In this document: positions 1 to 8,957 of the stretch, in pieces
Layout: each line of letters starts with the position of its first letter
Numbering within the stretch: the stretch's first letter is position 1
DNA from: a virus
Taxonomy: Duplodnaviria > Caudoviricetes
Length of the DNA stretch: 58,139 nucleotides
Virus record (IMG/VR): IMGVR_UViG_3300039828_000001
Location: 1-58,139 of that record
Strand: one strand, 5' to 3'
Notes under the pieces: generated by a model
Told to the model about the DNA's origin: nothing
What the model saw: the letters and a program-made list of their open reading frames with translations, nothing else
Databases searched by the model: none
Made by a program: the position numbers and the translations under genes

Positions 1-99
1 CTCGCGGCACCTTGTGCGTTCTGCGGGGCGTACTCGCTGCCGGGCTTCGCTGCGCACAGCGCGCTGTTCGCGCTGAGCGACCTGCTCGTGCTGAAGGCG
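1..99. repeat. 99-bp terminal direct repeat (assembly overlap of a circular or circularly permuted genome)
   Basis: Bases 1-99 are identical to 58041-58139, and an ORF reads through the junction. Confidence 0.95.
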
Positions 100-456
100 C
101 TGGAGGTCGTCGGCAAGCGGATCGTCCGCGTCTCCCGTACCCGGTACAACCTGCGCGAGGGCCGCCCGTGGCACGAGAGCCACGCGTTGTGGAGGCCGGA
201 TGGCCCGATGATGGACAAGGGCCTGGAGAACGCGTGGGACCTCGTGCCCGTGCTCATCGACAGCCAGGGCCTCTCGGCCACGGTTGCGCCTACGGTCGTC
301 GTGAACATGCTCGACCGGTACACGCGCGACCTGCTCATGGCGGGCCAGCCGCACTCGGTGCGCCTGCTGCGGGCACGCTTCGAGAAGGTGCTCGGCATCA
401 CGATCCCCTGGGAGGGAGTCACCCCGAATGGCGCTGGTCGAACTCACGCGCGCTGA
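1..456 (+). CDS. 3' part of a portal-downstream protein that wraps the origin (starts GTG 58005)
   Basis: Frame 1 is open from base 1 to 456 and continues the ORF starting at 58005, which overlaps the portal stop (GTGA). Confidence 0.7.
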   Translation, partial: LAAPCAFCGAYSLPGFAAHSALFALSDLLVLKALEVVGKRIVRVSRTRYNLREGRPWHESHALWRPDGPMMDKGLENAWDLVPVLIDSQGLSATVAPTVVVNMLDRYTRDLLMAGQPHSVRLLRARFEKVLGITIPWEGVTPNGAGRTHAR

Positions 457-2224
457 GCAGGAGGAGTTCCGCGACGCGGCGGAGGTCGCCGTCTCGCGCG
501 CCGTCGATGCGGCGACGCGCGCGTGGCTCGCGGACGTGCTCGCGGCGATCCGTGGCGGGCTGCGCGAGGGCCTGCCCGCCGACTCGCTCGTGGCAGCCGG
601 AGCCGAACTCCCGCTCAACCTCGGGACGATGAGCCGGTGGTGGGCCGACCGCGTGAACGGCGGCGTCGCGACGGCGATCCGCGCGGTGTGGGAGCAGGCG
701 TACGTCCGCACCCGGCCGGGCGAACTGCTCTCGTCCTCGCTCGACCGGCTCGACACGTTCATGGCGGCGGTGAGCGACCGGCTCGTACGCGGGCTGGTGC
801 CGCCGCTGCCGGACGACGCGATGGACCGCGTGCGGTACGTCATCACGCAGTCGGCCGCGCTCGGGTGGTCCACGCAGCGCACCTCGCAGAACATCGCGAC
901 CGCGCTGTCATGGGAGCAGGACGGGCGCGCGCTGCGCCGCGAGTACGACCGTCTCACGGGCGACATCGAGGCAATCCTGGACCCGCTCGGTCCCCCGGGT
1001 ACTCCCGCGCGCGAGGCTGCGCGTACGGGTGACCCGCGCGTGCGCGCGCTACAGGATCTGCGGGCGCAGACGGTCACGGCGCTCGACAGCGAGAAGTCGC
1101 ACTGGCAGGTCCGCGCCGACCGCATCGCCCGCACCGAGAGCACGGCCGCGTACAACTTCGCCAACCTCACGGCGCTCGCGGACGAGGGCTGGACGCACAA
1201 GGAGTGGATGGCGACGCGCGACACCCGCACGCGCGAGGCACACGTTGACCTCGACGGGCAGGTGGTCCCCGTGGCCGAGCCGTTCATCGTGGATGGCCTG
1301 CCGATCATGATGCCGGGCGACCCGTCGGCCGCCGCGTTCCTCACGGTCAACTGCCGGTGCATCCTGGTCGGCGCCGACGCTCCCCCGGGCGAGGTCGAGC
1401 CGACCGCCGCCCAGATCACGCAGGAGACCGCCAGGGCTCTCGAACAGGCGCTCCCGGCACCCGCGCCCGCGCCGACCACGAACGCCGCCCCAGTGCCCGC
1501 CTCCGCGTCCCAGGTCATCCCCTTCGCCCAGCGCGTGCCCGCTCTGCGGGGCGAGCCGACTCGTGAGGCTCGGGTTGCGGCCGAGGCGCTGTTTACCGAC
1601 TTCACCTCGCAGATCAACGATGCCTGGGCGGGTCAAGGGGTCGTCGCCAATCGGATAACGCACTCCGTCGACAAGGGCCGGGTGAAGATGTCGTGGACGC
1701 TGGTCGATGCGAACGGGGCTCACGTCGGGAGCCTTTCGCGGCAGGTGCGCCGTCTTCCGGACGGTCCGGTCGTAGTCGAGAACACCTTCTTCGGACTCAC
1801 CCCAGAAGCGCAGGGCGGGGGCTTGGCGAACAACCTCGCGGCGCGTCTTGAGGACTGGTACCGGCGCAGCGGCGTGACGGCGGTCGTGGTGCACGCGAAC
1901 ATCGACGTGGGCGGGTACACCTGGGCGCGGCAGGGCTTCGAGTGGGATCCGGAGATTCAGGGATGGGCTGACGTGAAGCGCTTGCTCCAGCGCTTCTGGG
2001 AGTACGCCTCTGCACGAGATCAAGTGGACCTGTGGAGGGCAGCCGTCGAGAACAACAAGGACAACCCGGACGCCTGGCCGAGTCCGTACGAACTCGCGAT
2101 GTTCGGGTGGGAGGGCCGGTTGCCGGACCCGAAGCGGCCCGGCAAGGAGACGTGGGTCGGGCAACGCGCGATGCTCAACACGGACTGGTACGGGCGCAAG
2201 CCGCTCGGAGAGGAGCCTGCATGA
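428..2224 (+). CDS. MuF/SPP1 gp7-like head morphogenesis protein with C-terminal GNAT-like domain
   Basis: MuF motifs RIARTE, KEWMATRDTRTREAH, PGDP and VNCRC; Pro/Ala linker; C-terminal AQGGGLA...HANIDVGGYTWARQGF. Confidence 0.85.
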   Translation: MALVELTRAEQEEFRDAAEVAVSRAVDAATRAWLADVLAAIRGGLREGLPADSLVAAGAELPLNLGTMSRWWADRVNGGVATAIRAVWEQAYVRTRPGELLSSSLDRLDTFMAAVSDRLVRGLVPPLPDDAMDRVRYVITQSAALGWSTQRTSQNIATALSWEQDGRALRREYDRLTGDIEAILDPLGPPGTPAREAARTGDPRVRALQDLRAQTVTALDSEKSHWQVRADRIARTESTAAYNFANLTALADEGWTHKEWMATRDTRTREAHVDLDGQVVPVAEPFIVDGLPIMMPGDPSAAAFLTVNCRCILVGADAPPGEVEPTAAQITQETARALEQALPAPAPAPTTNAAPVPASASQVIPFAQRVPALRGEPTREARVAAEALFTDFTSQINDAWAGQGVVANRITHSVDKGRVKMSWTLVDANGAHVGSLSRQVRRLPDGPVVVENTFFGLTPEAQGGGLANNLAARLEDWYRRSGVTAVVVHANIDVGGYTWARQGFEWDPEIQGWADVKRLLQRFWEYASARDQVDLWRAAVENNKDNPDAWPSPYELAMFGWEGRLPDPKRPGKETWVGQRAMLNTDWYGRKPLGEEPA

Positions 2225-2439
2225 CGTACGCACAGGACCGCGTGATCCGGCGCGTGTTCGCGGAGTGGCGCGCGGAGGTCGCCTCGCGCGTCGAGGTCGA
2301 GCGGCGGTACCTGACCGACGAGCGCTCGCAGTACGGCGAGGCGCCGGAGGCGCTGAGCGCGAGCCCAGCCGACGACACCGAGTTGCACCGCCGCGTCCAA
2401 CAGGCGCTGATCGAGGCCGGACTGCCTCAGATACCCTGA
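2221..2439 (+). CDS. small hypothetical protein coupled to MuF (possible immunity partner)
   Basis: ATGA overlap with the MuF stop; GAGGAG RBS; 72 aa. Confidence 0.7.
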   Translation: MTYAQDRVIRRVFAEWRAEVASRVEVERRYLTDERSQYGEAPEALSASPADDTELHRRVQQALIEAGLPQIP

Positions 2440-2492
2440 GCCCAGAATCCCGCTGCTGGCCTTGGGCCGGGCGCTCTGAGAGGAGCACCCCC

Positions 2493-3965
2493 ATGGCAGC
2501 GCGAGTCATCAAGATCCCTCGCACGCAGAGCGCTCGCGTGCAGGCCGTCGTCGCATCGAGCGCATCGTTCGCGGAGGCGGCTCAGACCGCCCCCGACACC
2601 GCCGCTTCGGCACCTACCTGGTCCGGCCCGATCGTGGTCGAGAACGAGATGACCGGCGACGCCCGGCTCATCGAGTCCGGCGCGCTGCGCTGGGACACCC
2701 TCCCGATTCCGCTCCGGTGGGCGCGCGAGGACACTGGCGGCCACCAGGGCGCTGAGGTCGTCGGGCGCATCGAGACGATCGAGCGTGCCGCCTCGGGCCA
2801 GATCCTCGCCACGGGCACGTTCGACGTGGGCTCGGAGGTCGGCCGCGAGGCGTACCGCCAGGTCGCGGAGGGCCTGACTTCGGGAGTCTCGGTCGACCTC
2901 GATGACATCGCCTTCGAGGTGCGCGTCGCCTCCGAGATCATCGAGGCGAGCGAGGCGATGTGGGCCGAGATGATGGAGGGCGGCGAGCCCCCGGAGCCGG
3001 AGACCGACGACGAAGGCCGTGTCGTCGTCCTCAAGATCGGCAAGGACGACGAGGTGATGGTCACGACCGACGCGCGTATCCGCGCGGCGACGATCGTGGC
3101 TGTCCCGGCATTCGAGAGCGCGCGTCTCGCCATCACGGACCACGGCGATCTCGCCCTGGCGGCGAGCGCTGCGCCGGGCGGGACCCCCGCACTCGCCCTC
3201 GTCGCGTCCGCCGCGCCGGTCAACCCGCCTGCTGCGTGGTTCGCCGCGCCGACGCTGACCGGGCCGACGGCCCTCCAGGTCACCGAGGATGGACGCGTGT
3301 TCGGCCACCTCGCGCTGTGGGAGACGTGCCACACCGGCTACTCCGGTCAGTGCGTCACGCCGCCCGCCTCGAACTCGGGCTACGCCTACTTCCGCACGGG
3401 CGCGCTGCTCACCGAGGATGGCACGGAGGTGCCGGTCGGAGCGCTGACCGTCGACACGATGCACGCCCCGAGCCGGGCCAGCGCGAAGGCGAGCCTCGCG
3501 CACTACGACCACACCGGCACCGCCGTCGCGTGGGTCTCGGCGGGCGAGGACGAGTGGGGCGTGTGGGTGGCGGGCGCGCTGCGCTCCGACGCCTCGGACG
3601 AGCAGGTGGCCGTTCTCCGGTCGTCCCCGCTGTCGGGCGACTGGCGCCGGATCGGCACCTCGATGGAACTCGTAGCCGCGCTCGCGGTCAACGTCCCCGG
3701 GTTCCCGGTCCCGCGCACGCGCGCGCTCGTGGCCTCAGGCGCGATGCAGTCCCTCGTGGCCGCCGGGATGGTCGCGCCGGATCGCGTCATCGCCCCGGGG
3801 CAGCCGGGCGCGCTCACGTCGGACGACCTGCGGTACCTGAAGCGGCTCGCCGCGCGGGAGCGCTCAGCCGAGGTCGCGCGGGCGGTCGTGCCCGACGACG
3901 ACCCGGCGCTGCTCCGGTTGCGGGCGAAGGCGTTGGCGCTGCGCGTCGGCGTTGGGGCACGCTAG
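2493..3965 (+). CDS. capsid maturation protease / head assembly protein
   Basis: Lies between MuF and the capsid genes; TGDAR, H...VVGRI, GVSVDLD, ATIVAVPAF and LSGDWR motifs typical of actinophage prohead proteases; GAGGAG RBS. Confidence 0.75.
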   Translation: MAARVIKIPRTQSARVQAVVASSASFAEAAQTAPDTAASAPTWSGPIVVENEMTGDARLIESGALRWDTLPIPLRWAREDTGGHQGAEVVGRIETIERAASGQILATGTFDVGSEVGREAYRQVAEGLTSGVSVDLDDIAFEVRVASEIIEASEAMWAEMMEGGEPPEPETDDEGRVVVLKIGKDDEVMVTTDARIRAATIVAVPAFESARLAITDHGDLALAASAAPGGTPALALVASAAPVNPPAAWFAAPTLTGPTALQVTEDGRVFGHLALWETCHTGYSGQCVTPPASNSGYAYFRTGALLTEDGTEVPVGALTVDTMHAPSRASAKASLAHYDHTGTAVAWVSAGEDEWGVWVAGALRSDASDEQVAVLRSSPLSGDWRRIGTSMELVAALAVNVPGFPVPRTRALVASGAMQSLVAAGMVAPDRVIAPGQPGALTSDDLRYLKRLAARERSAEVARAVVPDDDPALLRLRAKALALRVGVGAR

Positions 3966-3969
3966 GTGG

Positions 3970-4071
3970 ATGTCTGCCTGTAAGCACACGACCACGCACA
4001 CGAACGAGCACGCGGGCACGACCTGGTGTTCCGACTGCGGCAAGTTGCTGGACGTGAGGATCGAAGAGTGA
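3970..4071 (+). CDS. 33-aa Zn-finger-like peptide
   Basis: MSACKH...WCSDCGK (CxH / CxxC). Confidence 0.45.
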   Translation: MSACKHTTTHTNEHAGTTWCSDCGKLLDVRIEE

Positions 4072-4090
4072 CGACGGAGGAGAACTAACC

Positions 4091-4258
4091 ATGTGCAACT
4101 GCGGGAAGAAGGCCCAGGAGGGCACCCGGCGAGCCGCCGCGCGCTCGACCGAGATCAGCACCTCGATCAAGACGCAGGTCTCGGCGGCGGAGCGCGTACG
4201 CATCCGTCAGGCTGAGAAGGCTGCGGCCACGACGACCTCGAAGGCGTCCACGGTCTGA
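4091..4258 (+). CDS. small basic protein with N-terminal MCNCG
   Basis: GGAGGAG RBS; MCNCGKK start common in actinophage head regions. Confidence 0.7.
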   Translation: MCNCGKKAQEGTRRAAARSTEISTSIKTQVSAAERVRIRQAEKAAATTTSKASTV

Positions 4259-4268
4259 GCCCCTGACG

Positions 4269-4311
4269 ACGAATCCCCGGTTCAGCGCCACGCGTTGGGC
4301 TGGGGATTCGT
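4269..4311 (+). terminator. hairpin terminator
   Basis: ACGAATCCCCGGTTCAGCG...CGTTGGGCTGGGGATTCGT stem immediately after a stop codon. Confidence 0.6.
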
Positions 4312-4349
4312 GCGTTATAAACCTGTTACAAACTTTTTCCGGTCAGGGG

Positions 4350-4393
4350 TAGCGCGGACGTGGGCAGTGGTATATGCTTACGTATGTCAGCAC
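4350..4393 (+). promoter_or_regulatory. phage promoter-operator copy
   Basis: TAGCGC-N17-TATGCT plus GCTTACGTATGTCAGCAC; upstream GCGTTATAAACCTGTTACAAA shared with the 37236 copy. Confidence 0.85.
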
Positions 4394-4419
4394 AGCGGAG
4401 CAGGACAAAGGAGCAGATC

Positions 4420-4935
4420 ATGAAGATCACCCGGACGGTCAACGAGAACGGCACCTACCGCTACGAGATTGACGGCAAGGTCCAGTACGCGGCGAGCAAG
4501 GTTCTCTACACCCACGCCAGCACCTACGCCATGGGTGACTCGACCCCGGTGCTGTTCCACAAGACCGAGGCCGCTGCGGGTCGCGCCAAGGGCTACGCCA
4601 CGAGCGGCTGGGTCAAGACCGCCGTCCTGGAGATTGAGGCTACGGTCGAGGCGCCCGCCGAGGTCTCTCCGGTCGAGGTCGAGGCTCCGGCCGCCGAGCC
4701 GACCATGACCGTCGAGGTCACCTGGACGGTAGGCGACTCGGTGATCGAGTCCCGTACGGTCGCGATTCCCGCCGCCGCCCGCCCGGCGCGCTACGTCATC
4801 GCTCGCCAGACGCTGAAGGACTGGGGCCTGAGTGCTGAGATGACCGGCCGCCGTACGGTCGAGAGCGGTCTCTGCTGGACCCTGACCGACAGCGCGGGCT
4901 TCCCGGCCGGAGCCGTGACGGTCGCCACCCCCTGA
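4420..4935 (+). CDS. hypothetical protein
   Basis: AAGGAG RBS; high-GC3 codon usage. Confidence 0.75.
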   Translation: MKITRTVNENGTYRYEIDGKVQYAASKVLYTHASTYAMGDSTPVLFHKTEAAAGRAKGYATSGWVKTAVLEIEATVEAPAEVSPVEVEAPAAEPTMTVEVTWTVGDSVIESRTVAIPAAARPARYVIARQTLKDWGLSAEMTGRRTVESGLCWTLTDSAGFPAGAVTVATP

Positions 4936-4954
4936 TCCTCCCGAGACGGGGGAG

Positions 4955-4998
4955 TAGCGCTCCCCCGTCTCTCCATGTATGCTTACATACGTAAGCAC
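4955..4998 (+). promoter_or_regulatory. phage promoter-operator copy
   Basis: TAGCGC-N17-TATGCT plus perfect-arm palindrome GCTTAC-ATAC-GTAAGC. Confidence 0.85.
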
Positions 4999-5022
4999 AA
5001 CCCATCCCCGAAGGAGCACTTC

Positions 5023-5319
5023 ATGTCCGCTCAGACCCTCTCCCCCGCCACCCCGTACGTGCTCGACGCGGAGGGACGCGCAACCTACCTGCCGAACCTG
5101 ACGGCCCGCGTTCGCCAGATCCTGCCGGGCGACTTCCTGCTCAACGCGGCGGACGAGCCGGTCGTCCTCGTGACCAAGGTCGAGGTGCTGCACGGCGCGC
5201 ACCCGCGCGTCCGCATCTCCGGGGTGACGACGCCCCGTGCGAGCCGGGCCCGGCGCGGCTTCGTGAAGACGCTCCCCGCCTCGGCGGTCGCCCGCATCAC
5301 GCGGCCGGTGTTGGGCTGA
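5023..5319 (+). CDS. hypothetical protein
   Basis: AAGGAG RBS downstream of the promoter motif. Confidence 0.7.
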   Translation: MSAQTLSPATPYVLDAEGRATYLPNLTARVRQILPGDFLLNAADEPVVLVTKVEVLHGAHPRVRISGVTTPRASRARRGFVKTLPASAVARITRPVLG

Positions 5320-5477
5320 TGCGTGGCTGCGACTGGTGCGGCGTTCCGCTCACCAAGCGGCAGAAGCGGTGTTGCTCGCGGGCCTGCACGGTCCGCTGCC
5401 AGAACCGGGATCGGGCGCGCGAGGCGCGCTTGCTGAAGGCTCGCGGCCAGTCCTGAAAGACCGCTCCGGGGCAGGAG

Positions 5478-5520
5478 TAGACACCTGCCCCGGAGCGTGT
5501 ATGCTTACGTATGTCAGCAC
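5478..5520 (+). promoter_or_regulatory. phage promoter-operator copy
   Basis: TAGACA-N16-TATGCT plus GCTTACGTATGTCAGCAC. Confidence 0.85.
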
Positions 5521-5544
5521 AACGGAACGACGGAAGGCACTACC

Positions 5545-5724
5545 GTGAACGCTTACCTCACCGCCAAGGTCACCGAGGTTGAGGCGCTGCTCGCCCAGGC
5601 CGAGGAGACCGGCAACCGCGCCGCCGCCCGCCAGGCCAAGGCCGCGATCGCCCGGTACAAGGAGGGCAACTTCATGGGTGCTGGCATCCTCCACGCCGCC
5701 GCCGCCGACTCGCTCAAGTCCTGA
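5545..5724 (+). CDS. hypothetical protein
   Basis: GGAAGG RBS; GTG start; Ala-rich helical sequence. Confidence 0.65.
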   Translation: MNAYLTAKVTEVEALLAQAEETGNRAAARQAKAAIARYKEGNFMGAGILHAAAADSLKS

Positions 5725-5765
5725 CCCTCCCCCGTTCCTCTCCCATCCCCCGAAGGAGCAAGACC

Positions 5766-6425
5766 ATGAAGACCTCTGACCTCGCCATTGGCACCGTCTA
5801 CCTCGTGAACGAGCGCGCGGACTGGAAGCCCGGCTACGGCTCGAAGGCGTACCGCCTCATGGCCCTCGACAAGTTCTCCGCCAAGGGCGCTGGGCGCTGG
5901 AACGCGAAGGCCAAGGAGGTCACTATCGACGGCGTGACCTACAGCCACTATGGCAAGACGTGGACGAGCAAGTCCTGGGACGGTGAGGTCAAGTACCTCA
6001 TGCTCCGGGTTGACCCCGAGACGCATGAGCCGATCAGCGCGAAGGTGGACGGTCGCCCGTTCCTTGCGATCGTGGCGCCGAGGGAGATTCGCGGCGAGTG
6101 GGCCTCGGCGCGGGCCGAGGCCGCGACCGCCCACCAGGAGGCGAACGAGCGTCAGTCCACGATCCGCGAGCGGGCCGATGCCTCGCTCGCCCGCATGACC
6201 AAGGCGGCGAACCGTTTCCGCGCGGTGCTCGGCCTGGAGGCCGACTCGTACTCGTCCCTCGTGTCGAACTCCACGGCCCGCTACGACAACGTGGCCTGGG
6301 GCCAGGGCGTCACGCTCAGCACCACGGCAGCGGAGACGGTGCTCGACCGGCTCGCCAAGGCTGAGGCTCGCGCCGCCGAACTCGAAGCGACGCTCCGCGA
6401 CGCCTACGGGCACCACGTCGTCTGA
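5766..6425 (+). CDS. hypothetical protein
   Basis: AAGGAG RBS; strong codon bias. Confidence 0.8.
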   Translation: MKTSDLAIGTVYLVNERADWKPGYGSKAYRLMALDKFSAKGAGRWNAKAKEVTIDGVTYSHYGKTWTSKSWDGEVKYLMLRVDPETHEPISAKVDGRPFLAIVAPREIRGEWASARAEAATAHQEANERQSTIRERADASLARMTKAANRFRAVLGLEADSYSSLVSNSTARYDNVAWGQGVTLSTTAAETVLDRLAKAEARAAELEATLRDAYGHHVV

Positions 6426-6516
6426 CGCCCCCGGTGGTCGCCCGGCTCCGGCCGGGCGGCTGCCGAGCACGGCAGAACCGCACCACCCCCACCCACCGCT
6501 CTCCCTGGAGGTCCCC

Positions 6517-6855
6517 ATGTCCACCCCCATCGGCCAGGTCTACACCGACTCGGCCTACTTCCTCGCGATCGAGGGCTTCGCCGCCTACGAGTTCGGGCCG
6601 TCCAACCAGGCGGACTGGAACGCTCTCGTCACGGTCAGCCCGACCTTGCTGCTCAACCTCGGCAACACCGTGCTGGCCGAGAACCTGCGCCACCTGACGC
6701 TGCCGGGCTGGGCCGGGCTGGTGTGGCTGCGCCTCACGTCCGAGAACCAGCGGGTGCTGGTGAAGATGGCTACCGAGGGCTCGGCCGACGCGATCGAACT
6801 GGAGCGCCTGTTCCTTGCGCAGATGGACGAGAGCCTGGAGGGTGAGACGCTGTGA
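6517..6855 (+). CDS. hypothetical protein
   Basis: GGAGG RBS. Confidence 0.75.
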   Translation: MSTPIGQVYTDSAYFLAIEGFAAYEFGPSNQADWNALVTVSPTLLLNLGNTVLAENLRHLTLPGWAGLVWLRLTSENQRVLVKMATEGSADAIELERLFLAQMDESLEGETL

Positions 6856-7084
6856 TTACCTCAACGCCCATCCGCCCCGACCAGGTCCGCCCGACGGACC
6901 GCCCCACGGTCGATAGCGGGACGCACCGCCCGTCCTCGCAGGCCGGGTTCGCCGCCGTCCTGATGCACCGCTGAGCGACCCCGATGCCCCGTCACCCGTA
7001 GAGGTGGCGGGGCATCGTGCTACTCTCGGCCCGATAACGTAGGTCGTTGGCGGCAAGGGCCAGACTCCCGTCAAGGGAGAACCC

Positions 7085-8887
7085 ATGACCAACCCCACGA
7101 CGCACCGTCGGGCATACCGCCCGGTCGCGCGCGCTCTGGCCTACGAGGACACTCCGGCGAACGATGTTCCCGCCGAGGTCGTGATCCCCGAAGACCTCAC
7201 CACCCTCGATGACGCAGCGCTCGACGCGCTGCACTCGCAGGCCGTCGCCGCGTTCCAGGGTCTCCAGGAGGCCGAGGTCACCCGCGAGACGCTGGATGCG
7301 ATGTCCGCCCTCGCGGAGGGCATCGACTCCCTCGCCGCTGACCAGACGCGCCGCTCCGAGGAGCGCGCCGCGCTTGCCGCTGAGGCAGAGGCGCTGGCCG
7401 CTCGCGTCGGCACGCTCGCCACCGCGCCGGAGACCCCGGCCGAGGTGCCCGTCGAGGAGGCCCCGGCTGACGCCGAGGTGCCCGCCGAGAGCGTCACGGC
7501 GTCCGCTGCGGGGGTCCGTCGCATCTCGCTCCCCGCCGTCACGGCCCGTCGCACGGCTCGCTCGGCGGCTCCCGCCCCGCGCGCCGATGAGCGCGACCCG
7601 TCGCTGCCGCGCATGTTCGCTGCGACCGAGGGCTTCGGCCTGGTCAACGGCGCTGAGGTCGACTTCTCGTCCGCCTCGCGCGCCGTCGCGCAGCGGCTGT
7701 CCGGCTTCAACAAGGCGTCGTTCGACTCGGCTCGTGCGACCGGACGCCGCCTGCGCCAGCAGCACAACCTGCTCACGGTGCACAAGCAGTTCTCCGACGA
7801 CCTGATCGTCCGGAGCGACAGCGTGGAAGAGGCGCAGCGCGTCCTTGACCGGGCGATGGACGAGACGCGCCTGCCGGGCGGCTCGCTCACCGCGTCTGGT
7901 GGCTGGTGTGCCCCGTCCGAGACGATCTACGACCTGTGCGAGTTGGAGAGCCGTGACGGCCTCCTCTCCATCCCGGAGATCAACCTCGCGCGCGGCGGTC
8001 TCCGCTACACGCAGGGCCCGGACTACGCCTCGATCTACGCCGACACCGGCTTCTGCTACACCGAAGCCGAGGACATCGCGGGCGACTACGACGGGCTCGG
8101 CGGCGGCGCAAAGCCGTGCTTCCACGTCGACTGCCCCGACTTCCTGGAGGAGCGGATGGGGCTGTGCGGCGTCTGCCTCACGGCCGGTCTGCTTCAGGCT
8201 CGCGGCTACCCCGAGATGATCGCGCGCACCATGCGCGGCTCGCTCATCGGCCACGAGCACCGCGTCAACGCGAACGTCATCAGCCAGATGATCAACGGCG
8301 GCACGGCGACGACCGGCCACACCGGCTCGACGGCGATCACGATGCCCGCGAGCCAGGTCGGCGCGACCGCCCCGGTGCTCACGGCGATCGAACTCCAGGT
8401 CGAGCACATGCGGCACCTGCACCGCATGTCGCGCACGACCACGCTGGAGGCCGTCTTCCCGTACTGGGTGCGCGGCGTGATCCGCTCCGACCTGTCGCGG
8501 CGTCTCGGCCTGGCCGAGTTCGACGTGTCGGACCAGCGCATCAACGCGTGGTTCGTGCAGCGCGGCATCGCGGCGCAGTTCGTCTACGACTGGCAGGACA
8601 TCGCCACCACGGCGGCGTCCGGCTTCACGCAGTGGCCCACGACGGTCTCGTTCCTGCTCTACCCGGCCGGTACGTGGGTCAAGGGCACGAGTGCGATCAT
8701 CTCGCTCGACACGATCTACGACTCCGCTCTGCTCGGCACGAACGACTACACCGCCCTCTTCACGGAGGAGGGGTACTCGACCATCAAGATGTGCCACGAC
8801 TCGCGCGTTGTCACTGTGAACATCTGCCCCGACGGCGCAACTCACGCCGGAGTCGCCATCGACTGCGACGGCTCCGAGGGCGCCTGA
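7085..8887 (+). CDS. major capsid protein (hexamer type, with N-terminal scaffold-like region)
   Basis: 600 aa; coiled-coil N-terminus, then SLTASGGWCAPSETIYD, matching cluster B-like actinophage capsids. Confidence 0.85.
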   Translation: MTNPTTHRRAYRPVARALAYEDTPANDVPAEVVIPEDLTTLDDAALDALHSQAVAAFQGLQEAEVTRETLDAMSALAEGIDSLAADQTRRSEERAALAAEAEALAARVGTLATAPETPAEVPVEEAPADAEVPAESVTASAAGVRRISLPAVTARRTARSAAPAPRADERDPSLPRMFAATEGFGLVNGAEVDFSSASRAVAQRLSGFNKASFDSARATGRRLRQQHNLLTVHKQFSDDLIVRSDSVEEAQRVLDRAMDETRLPGGSLTASGGWCAPSETIYDLCELESRDGLLSIPEINLARGGLRYTQGPDYASIYADTGFCYTEAEDIAGDYDGLGGGAKPCFHVDCPDFLEERMGLCGVCLTAGLLQARGYPEMIARTMRGSLIGHEHRVNANVISQMINGGTATTGHTGSTAITMPASQVGATAPVLTAIELQVEHMRHLHRMSRTTTLEAVFPYWVRGVIRSDLSRRLGLAEFDVSDQRINAWFVQRGIAAQFVYDWQDIATTAASGFTQWPTTVSFLLYPAGTWVKGTSAIISLDTIYDSALLGTNDYTALFTEEGYSTIKMCHDSRVVTVNICPDGATHAGVAIDCDGSEGA

Positions 8888-8906
8888 CCGTAGGCTCACC
8901 TCCATC

Positions 8907-8937
8907 GCGGCCCGCTCGCCTCGCGCGGGCGGGCCGC
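8907..8937 (+). terminator. GC-rich hairpin after the capsid gene
   Basis: GCGGCCCGCTCGC...GCGGGCGGGCCGC. Confidence 0.5.
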
Positions 8938-8957
8938 TCTGGTGAAAGGAGAACGAC

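Noticed and set aside
1-99. Biological direct terminal repeat
   Set aside because: The length matches a typical assembler k-mer overlap and it falls mid-gene, so it indicates circular assembly only.
4373-5520. CRISPR-like array from the repeated 21-mer
   Set aside because: Copies are dispersed, separated by whole genes, and carry -35/-10 geometry. The Cas4-like gene is a typical phage exonuclease in a recombination module.
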